A stretch of 18,212 nt of DNA from Ginkgo biloba (Eukaryota; Plantae; Ginkgophyta). Location of the stretch: contig JANKJI020000002.1 in the NCBI GenBank assembly GCA_024626585.2, positions 201,329,255-201,347,466 on the forward strand. The letters run 5' to 3'. The notes below the pieces were generated by a model that ran no database searches, was not told the origin of the DNA, and saw nothing but the letters and a program-made list of their open reading frames with translations. The position numbers and the translations under genes were made by a program. Positions 10,241 to 18,212 of this stretch are shown piece by piece (within the stretch, counting starts at the first letter, position 1; the number at the start of each line of letters is the position of its first letter).

Positions 10241-11169
10241 TTGGTGTGTCCTAGATATACAAATCATTCAATAATAACCCAGTAATAAGCAAGCAAAATA
10301 TTTTTTCTCTAGATATATGTAAGGAATGCTTAAAAAATTAGAATAAGATATTACTCAACTTATGAATGATGAATAAATACTAACAAAGATGATTATAACT
10401 TAGATGTATTCAATTTGAATCAATAAATAAATTCAACCCTTAGTTGAATAACTATTATCTACATCATGTGTGAGAGTGCATTAGGTATCTACATCATATG
10501 GGAGTGTGCACTTAGACAGTTGCACAATTTTGGAGCACACACTTAAGAATCACAATGTATAGGAGTGGACACTTAAGAAACACTATCCTATTCATGCCAT
10601 GCGATTGCTATCTAATCTAAATGTTTGAGAAATAAAGTCTTGGATCTTCCTTTGCCTTTTGATGGTGAACACATGGAGTAGAGACTTGATACATATATGA
10701 CTAGGATAACATATTGTTTTGTTCTCTCTATAAGTTAAGAGAACTTGAAAATCAATATAATCTATAAGTTTCTATGGATACAAGATACAAAATTTGAGAG
10801 TTACTTAAAATTCAAAATATTTATTTTCACTCTTTTATTATTACAAATCCCAAATTATTGAGAAATAACTGATTACATGGATTTATAGGAAAATTCTATT
10901 CTAGAAAAAGTAAATCTTAATTCTAATAATTAGAAATTTCTATCTATAATACTTTATATGAGTAGTTGACATGCTTAATATATCTAANNNNNNNNNNGAA
11001 ATTAGATACCATTCTACTTAATTAATTACTCACATAATGAAATATTTACTAACTAAGTGCATCATAGGACTTAGTTATACAAATTTACATAAAATTATTG
11101 AGTACTAATTTAATCATTGATATGGATTATAGGGAGATAGGAAACGTTGGATGTACAACATATCAATTC
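10241..11169. mobile_element. ~930-bp non-coding repeat with inverted termini (MITE-like), copy 1
   Basis: Collinear with 13282-14213 at offset 3041-3044. Exact shared blocks: aaaatcaatataatcta (10748/13791), attagaaatttctatctat (10929/13972), ttactaactaagtgcatca (11046/14090). Flanks differ between copies. Confidence 0.85.
10462..10580. repeat. ~30-bp degenerate tandem repeat (about 4 units) inside copy 1
   Basis: catcatgtgtgagagtgcattagg / catcatatgggagtgtgcacttag / cacaattttggagcacacacttaag / cacaatgtataggagtggacacttaag. A counterpart lies at ~13506-13645 in copy 2. Confidence 0.7.
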
Positions 11170-11849
11170 CTCTCTAATTAAGTTATGATGGTCCCATTAC
11201 AACTCAAAATGGTTTTGTAGACCTTCAGTGNNNNNNNNNNNNNNNNNNNNNNNNNNNNNNNNNNNNNNNNNNNNNNNNNNNNNNNNNNNNNNNNNNNNNN
11301 NNNNNNNNNNNNNNNNNNNNNNNNNNNNNNGGAATGGCCTCCATTCGAACACAAACTAAAATAAGAATCCTTAAGTGTGCATGGATCTATGGATGCACTA
11401 AGCATGTGTTAAGTATCCCAAGTGGATTTGGTGAAGAGGAGTGCATGGGAAGAGTTATGGATTTTATAGGTAGAGTATTTCCATGTGTTGAGTGTCATGT
11501 CATTCCCCCCTTTTGGATCCAAGTGTAGAATGCACTATATTCATTCTCCCCAAGTGAAGAAGCCAAATAGAATCTATAGTTAATGAAGATTAGTTTACCT
11601 TTGTAGAAGACTTATTATTATTTTAATATTATGAATTTATTTGAAGAAGGTTTAGGTCCTATTTATGTTTATCCTTGGATGGATTTTATAAATAAGATGG
11701 ATTGGTCNNNNNNNNNNTTCTCCTTGTATTGCTATTCTTCATAGTCCTCCCATAAAAGTGTATGTCATAGAATAAAGTTCATGTAAGCGAGAGAACTCAT
11801 ATTTACCTTTGATGCAAAGTGCATTGCTAAAGGTACTCTCCTTTTAAGA

Positions 11850-13183
11850 GTAAGAGAATGAAGTCAATAAATGTTCACATATTCCTTCAGAATAAAATTA
11901 TTTTCACGAGTATCAAATTGTGTATACATATCAAATTGAAAAGGCTTTCCAAGAAGTATATCATAATAATTTATATTAATTACATCACAAGTGACTATCT
12001 TATTGTAAGAATTGATTACAAATTTAAAAGTGAAAATATTGGTAATCTTTAGTTTCTGACCTTTTTAACATGTCCAACCCAATAAATAGGGATCTATATG
12101 ATCTTGTATTAGTAATTGTAAGCAAATCAAAGTGGAAGCAAAAATGATATTGTTAATTCTTCAAAGGAAACATATTACATGTAATAGTTGGTCCTTGACT
12201 TTATCTCATTTCACAAACAAGATATTTCTCCTCTTTAGTGTTATATGAAGTTATGAGATAAAGTGTTGAGTCCACTTCAGGCTGACCACTAATCTCTACT
12301 ATTTATTCTTTCTAGTTTTTCACTAAGGTTTTTTATCAGAACATTTTTTACTTGTTATAGGTGTACCAATCACTTGTATTATGGTTAAAAATTTTATGAA
12401 ATTCAAAATATATATCTTTTTTTAGAATTGAAGGAAACTTTACCTTTGGAAAAATTCCCTTTCAATTTATCTTTTAACTCGTGCCCCTTTATTCTAGATG
12501 AAGTTCCTTGTTGGTGAGATGGATTTTTTCTTTATAATTTTTACAAATTCCAACTCCACTCTAAAAGAGGAATAAAGTCCACTAATGAGCTTCAAAATAT
12601 TCTCTTACTAAGAGTCTTCCTTGCCTAATATGATACTAAGCTAAAGGAAGGTGATACTTTACTACTGCATGCTCTAACCCTTCTCTTGCCTTAACTAGTG
12701 CCACTTTTTTATATGTTATCCAAGTAGTCACTTGGATAAAATCCATCTCATATTTTTATCTTAAATAGTTACCCAATTTACAATTATTGGGTTACTAGTT
12801 GCTTCATGCATAGAATAGTGAGTCTTTCACCTATCATCATCATCTTTGAATATATATATATATATATATATATTATCAGTCAAATAAGATTGAAACTCAA
12901 AGTACACCTCAACATATCATATCTAATCATCCAATACTTCTACATTAACCGCACCATTATATGGATTTATCTCCATATTGGTGTCAACTTTTATTAGAGG
13001 TTTAGATTATATTATCGAATGAGTAGGTGCTTGGGCTTGCATCAAACTCATATTTTAGATTTTCTATAAGAGATAGGTATGCTAATATCAAATCATGTCT
13101 TGTTATTATTGAATTATCTCCTCAAATTTATCCCAAGTGTGAATGGTATTAAATATTAATGGTACTTCTTTTTTTAGATCCAT
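11850..13183 (-). pseudogene. Ty3/gypsy (chromovirus/CRM-like) gag + aspartic protease remnant
   Basis: Gag: KPLIKVDTNMEINPYNGAVNVEVLDD*I*YVEVYF (~13003-12900); GFYPSDY...KWH*LRQEKG*SMQ...LKLISGLYSSFRVELEF (~12745-12545). Protease: HIDPYLLGW...LKITNIFTFKF...VTCDVININYYDILLGKPFQFD...RENNFIL (~12100-11870). Candidate ATG at 13183. Not present in the ORF track. Confidence 0.88.
12851..12872. repeat. (TA)11 microsatellite within the decayed gag
   Basis: Perfect TA dinucleotide run read directly from the sequence. Confidence 0.97.
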
Positions 13184-13281
13184 TATCCTCCCTACTTAAG
13201 TTAAAACTTATAAAAATATAAAAACCATAAATAGATAAATAAATCTAAGATTGATTAAACTTATTGACGATTTGATAGCAA

Positions 13282-14213
13282 TTAGTATGTCCTAGATATA
13301 CATATTATTTAATAACAACCTAAGAATGAGAGAGCATAAGATTTTTTTTCTAAATACGCTTAAGGAATGCTTTGAAAACTAAAAGAACATATTCTTAAGA
13401 TTCTAAATATCGAATAAAGACTAATAAACTAACTATAACTTTGAAATATTTAGTTTTCATAAAATTCTAGAAAAATTCCATCCTCAGGTGACGAACCACT
13501 ATTTTCACCATGTACATGCACACTCCATTGTGTTGAAGCACACAATTAGGTGGTTATGGTGTGTGGAAGTATGTACTTAGATATATGTGCTATGATAGAG
13601 TGTGCACTTACATGTCATATCATATATGAGCATACAATTAAGAAGGATTATTATCTAAGATGAATGTTTAACAAATAAATTATTGGATATTCTATATGTC
13701 TTTTGGTGGAAAAAACACAGAGAGAAAACTTAATATGGTTGTGATTATAATAATAGATTCTTTTATTCAATTTGTAGTTTGAGAGAAGTAAAAATCAATA
13801 TAATCTACAAGATGCCATAGACACAAGATGAAAAGTTTGAGGGTTATTTGAAATAAAAAACCTTTATTTTAACTCTTTTATTATTCTAATTCTTAGATGA
13901 TTGAGAAAGAATTGATTACATAGATTTAGAGGAAAATACTATTCTAGAAATAATGTATCCTAATTATAATTATTAGAAATTTCTATCTATGATACTTTCT
14001 ATGATTAGCTCATATGCTCAAAATAACTAATCCCTTATTTAGAAATTATATTCTATTATAATTAGTTAATTAATCACATAATAAAATAATTACTAACTAA
14101 GTGCATCACGAGCCTTAGTTACAAAACTTTATATAAAATGAGTTTGTAATAATTTAGTCATTAATATGGAGTATAAGTAGATAAACAAAGTTAGATGCAA
14201 GACATATTAATTC
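13282..14213. mobile_element. ~930-bp non-coding repeat with inverted termini (MITE-like), copy 2
   Basis: Direct-orientation homolog of 10241-11169. Start ttagtatgtc and near-terminal gacatattaa (14201-14210) are inverted repeats (9/10). Flanked by caa (13279-13281) and caa (14214-14216). Confidence 0.85.
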
Positions 14214-14944
14214 CAAAGGAATTATGGTTCAAAAAATTAATAATAAGCCTATCTTATACGATTAATAGAATAATGTTGGTACCTATAAATCAATCCACAA
14301 ACATAGCTAGAGATTTGTGTTCAATATTAAATATGCTAGCTATAAATTAACTCAATTGGACCAACTACATCAACTCAAAATTTATTGATAATATTTTATA
14401 ATGGGGCTATTTCTAGGTTAGTAATTTAATTATCACATTAATCATAAATACTCATAATCTTCCCCATAAATCACTTAGCTAATTTATTAAATAAGGTTAC
14501 TACTTTTATTTCTATAATAATTAGAATAAGAAAATAGATTCCAAAATGGCTAAATAGGTGGTTTTAGTTATTACAGGAAAAATGCAAGAGGAGAGAATAA
14601 ATTCTCTAAGAGGTAATTGATGCATATAGGTTTCTTGTAGAATGTCAATTATTACTATATTTTATCAAATTATCAATTATACCTAGAATACTGAACCTAG
14701 GTTGTTACCATTTCATCACCATGGACAACATGAAGAAAGGAACATAAGGGACGAAATTGAGGATGATAAATTCTTTAATTGGGTGGGTATATATATAAGA
14801 GACAAAGATGAATAGACCAAAGATACCACCCAAAACATTTGTTGATAAATAAAAGGAAGAACTAAGTATAAATAAGATCCTAAATCAAAAAATTAAAAAT
14901 AAGAAAAGTAAGTATCTTATAGAGGACCCTTTATACATCTATGA

Positions 14945-16110
14945 TGAACAAATAAAGTCTCCAAATTTAAAGATAATACTTTTAAATTCCATTCTTAATC
15001 TTCGTACATTATCAACATCATTTATCACTAGAAAAATTACACCTAATAGATCTTATTAATATAGAAGCACTCTTTGATATCCTATACGTGAAAAATTCAC
15101 ATGAATCTATTAAAACACTTGGATGGGCATTGAGATATATAACACTTCCAAGAAAATTATAATATTCAAGATCACTAAAAAGTGTGAGCAGTGTAGCCAA
15201 GACAATTGAATATATCATTATCCAATCTGACCCAACAAATATATTTTATCCATACTTAACAAATTTATATAATCTAGAGGTGTAACAAATAACATACTAC
15301 AAGGTCAAGAAGAATTATTCATTCAAGAATTACTAGTCAAAAGGCAAGTGACTATATCAACTTAATTAGGAATATATCTAGGTTGTATAAATTCAATTCC
15401 TTAACACAAAGTTATGAATCAAAATATTTACTTGATAATATGTCAATATTAAGGGTTGAGGTAGTAATAGTAGAAATTTCCTCTAAGTAAATAGTTATAA
15501 ATGTAAGAATATAAATTTTCTCTAATTATAGGAAAATAAGAGGCTTGGATTACATCTCAACTACTATAATGAGACCCAATAATTTTTATCTCTTAGGACA
15601 AGACCCAAGAATAAATTATAAGGAACTAAGTCCTAGATTTATGGGTGAATAAACTTAGGAGATGTAAGGTAACCTTAATCAACAGTCATGGGACAATAAT
15701 TCCCAAGGTATTACTTAATTTACCCCTTCCTCAGTATATTCTAATACTAAAATATCAAGAGATGAATTAGAATGAATTAGGTACTTAAGATAAATAATCA
15801 AAATAAATCACATAAATATTCCATTCAAGTGGTTGACGCTAAGCATACAAATTAAATATTCTCTAGGAATAATGACATCATCAAATATCATTATTGATCT
15901 TAAGAAATATTCTTTTCAAAATATGGTGTAAAATACTGAAGTAATGCATTAAAAAGTACTTACTTGAGGAGAGGTACCCTTAGAAGAGATGTTTACTATG
16001 AAAATTAAATAACATGATTAGATGAAGGAACCTAGGGAGTAGTTTAAGGTACTAATTCAAATAAGACTTATGAAAACATTGACCAAATTCATAGACGGAC
16101 TCTAATAACT
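14945..16110 (+). pseudogene. Very decayed gag-like fragments (tentative)
   Basis: Scattered peptides HLIDLINIEALFDI...KTLGWALRYITLPRK (~15036-15155) and KIK*HD*MKEPRE*FKVLI...LTKFIDGL (~16000-16101) loosely fit Retrotrans_gag motifs. Confidence 0.25.
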
Positions 16111-16351
16111 CATATATATATTTAGATAGTGAATCTAATAGATGACACCACAACAATATGAATTGGTAAATATAATGCAAGAAATTCAAAATAATCACTA
16201 AATCTTTGAGTTCTTCTGACTAGGCTGAATAGAGCTATAATCAAGAATTTTAAAGTATCTATAGATATTACCAACTAATACAAAATAGATTGAGAAAGTT
16301 TCATTTGAGTAATATTACAAATATGAGTAAGGGTGGATTCCCTCAACCTCC

Positions 16352-17506
16352 TATAGTAATAAATTTTATATGAGGTTGATATATATATATAAAGTTGACA
16401 TTGGTCTAATGATAAGCTAAGGAAAAATAAGAAATTTCTCAGAATAAGAAAAGTAGAGTTAGTTAATTAGTTGTTGTACAAGTACTAAGTAAAATTGTGG
16501 ATTATCTTACTAAGTGAACAAGGATTATAAAATAATGGGTCAAATAAAAAATTGTCTATGTTAAAGCTTTCATTTATAAGGAAGAGTTTTTGATGCAAAT
16601 AAGGCATAAATATACTACATTAAAATGGATGACATTTAAGATCAAATTTAATCAGAGTTGGTAGAATGGTAAGTGTTATAAGAACAAATCATATAATTTA
16701 TCTTAATTTGGTTCAAATCCATCCAACCTAATTAGACCCTTCATCATTGTCCTTCTTCTCTTCATTTTCTTTTCTTTGAATTCTACTAATTAGTTTGCAC
16801 TCAAAACATGTTGAATGCAATTTATTTTGTGAAGTGAGTATGGATATTTTTTGTATCTAGGATCACATTTTTATATATATCCTCAAATTTAGTAAGCAAC
16901 TTAAATTTTGGAAATTTTTAGTAGGATTTGACTAAGGATTAATTAAGTGTTTAAGTGTGGGAAAAATACTGATCATATAGTTGGGCTAACACTAACATTT
17001 ATTGACATTGTCAACAAGTAGTTAGAAGATTTTAACCAACTATAAGTAACTGTCATCCATAGATTGATAACTTATTGTGTAAATTTATATATTAATCTAA
17101 CATGAATTAATGAATAAAGGCAAATAGATATTTTATGGGCATATTTTTGTTATTAGGTTAGTTACATTTCTATATGTTTTTGTTCACATTTATTCATTCT
17201 TGTATGCCAACATTCTTTACATGAATGCATATTGGGTGAGCACTTTAGAACTTAAAATATAATAAGATATGATAATGTATTATCTAAGTTAATTTTATAG
17301 ACTATAATGGGTTTCCATTGGTAGATTTCTTAACTTGGACAATTTCTCATAATCTATCCATTGACTTGTACACCAAGTTAATTGCCAACAATGTGAATTA
17401 TTTTCTAATGATATTTGATACAAATCATTATTATTAGGTTATTATTTTTGAGACTCTCCATTCTCTCTTATTTTTTTAATAAAATCTATTTAGGTCAATT
17501 ACTACA
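16352..17506 (+). mobile_element. Probable 5' LTR of an LTR retrotransposon
   Basis: Ends ...attactaCA (17498-17506) immediately before a PBS-like site. The start tatagtaat (16352-16360) is the inverse of that end with one G>A change. The 3' end is better supported than the 5' end. Confidence 0.5.
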
Positions 17507-17508
17507 AT

Positions 17509-17520
17509 TAGTATCAAAAC
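17509..17520 (+). promoter_or_regulatory. Decayed primer-binding site for initiator Met-tRNA
   Basis: tagtatcaaaac versus canonical tggtatcagagc: 9/12 identical, all three differences G>A, located 2 nt after a CA end. Confidence 0.65.
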
Positions 17521-17823
17521 TTAAACTTGGCTATTATGAAATAAATTATTATCATATGTAACAATCTTCTAGTAATGAGCTTCGCCATGATTCATATAGT
17601 AATTCACAAAATAGAATGCCAAGATTTAGATAATGCAAAAGAGAAATCAGACCGATGATATTATAAGCCACTTCGAGGGTAGAAGCCTCTAATACATCGA
17701 ATAGCAATACTCATGATATCTACTAATGACTCTACTTAAGGTATATATAAGGACTACTATACCCGACATGCAACCAACTTATACATGTGGGATAATAAAA
17801 ATATAAGAGACATTACATATGGA

Positions 17824-17840
17824 AGAGAGAGAGAGAGAGA
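17824..17840. repeat. (AG)n microsatellite running into an N gap
   Basis: agagagagagagagaga, at least 8 units, followed by Ns. Confidence 0.95.
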
Positions 17841-17859
17841 NNNNNNNNNNNNNNNNNNN

Positions 17860-17882
17860 TTCATTACAAATCCCCCCCCTTC
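17860..17882 (-). promoter_or_regulatory. Polypurine tract and start of the 3' LTR of a chromovirus
   Basis: The minus strand reads GAAGGGGGGGGA-tt-TGTAATGAA (PPT 17882-17871, LTR TG at 17868), directly after the chromodomain stop codon. Confidence 0.9.
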
Positions 17883-17895
17883 AAAAGATTTTTCC

Positions 17896-18212
17896 TCAAA
17901 GGTTAATCAGTCTTGGATGCTACTACATAAATTGTTCATCTTTCCACATTGCATCTTCATACGGTAACTTCTTCCATTTGATAATGTACTCTATGATATT
18001 TCTTGAATGCATACTTTTGGTACAAACATCAAGAATGGCCTCTAGTTCCAACTATAGTTTCCCTTCTTCATCAATTTCTACTAATTCTATCTAAACCATA
18101 ACCTATTGTCCAACTACCTTTTTTAGGCTGGAAACATGGAAGACATTATAGGTTTTGGAAGTAGAAGGTAATTCCACAGCATAAGCTACTTCCCCTACTT
18201 TCTTGTGGACTT
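17896..18212 (-). pseudogene. Chromoviral Ty3/gypsy (Reina-like) integrase C-terminus + chromodomain
   Basis: VHKKVGEVAYAVELPSTSKTYNVFHVSSLKKVVGQ*VMV*IELVEIDEEGKL*LELEAILDVCTKSMHSRNIIEYIIKWKKLPYEDAMWKDEQFM**HPRLINL*, in one frame with no frameshift. Shows AYxLxLP...HxVFHVSxLK and EYLIKWxxLPxEDATWE motifs. Confidence 0.95.

Noticed and set aside
11858-12997. Track ORFs 11858-12052(+) and 12806-12997(+)
   Set aside because: They are antisense shadows of the minus-strand protease and gag; the YIYIYI stretch comes from the (TA)n run.
10241-14213. The two 930-bp repeats as paired LTRs of one element
   Set aside because: No clear TG...CA ends, PBS, PPT or shared outer TSD; the internal DNA is a patchwork, and each copy has its own candidate flanking duplication. 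Not fully excluded.
14400-14645. A third, inverted copy of the 930-bp repeat
   Set aside because: Only short AT-rich matches (tctacaaga, ttattctaatt) with no consistent collinearity.
15018-15218. Minus-strand ORF with a hydrophobic N-terminus as a secreted peptide
   Set aside because: Short AT-rich ORF with no supporting gene structure; the opposite strand looks more like a TE remnant.
1-18212. An intact novel multi-gene system or a domesticated TE gene
   Set aside because: Every recognisable coding region has premature stops and most have frameshifts; all map to standard LINE or Ty3/gypsy domains. Many N gaps also make long-range linkage uncertain.

Overview
AT-rich, gap-ridden draft plant genomic DNA made of old, nested, mutationally decayed transposons. 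I found no intact host gene, RNA gene or CRISPR array. In order: (1) a + strand L1-clade LINE with DUF4283/zinc-knuckle ORF1 and the 5' part of the ORF2 endonuclease (1-~1880); (2) an unexplained GC/CpG-richer island (~1880-2800); (3) a second, - strand L1 ORF1 remnant (~2810-4245); (4) an Athila/Tat-like non-chromoviral Ty3/gypsy pol (protease ~4406, RT-RNaseH-integrase 6067-9044) split by a ~1 kb insertion containing a minisatellite; (5) a remnant of a retroelement accessory ORF (~10000-10150); (6) two diverged ~930-bp copies of a non-coding element with inverted termini (10241-11169, 13282-14213); (7) between them, a - strand Ty3/gypsy gag-protease remnant; (8) a probable LTR followed by a decayed Met-tRNA PBS (~16352-17520); (9) the integrase-chromodomain, PPT and LTR start of a - strand chromovirus at the window end. 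Element types and the strong C>T/G>A decay suggest heavily methylated repeat DNA of a large-genome seed plant, probably a gymnosperm (inference). Protein calls come from manual translation and recalled motifs, not database searches. I cannot support a novel functional system; the best leads are the ~930-bp repeat family, the GC-rich island and the accessory ORF.
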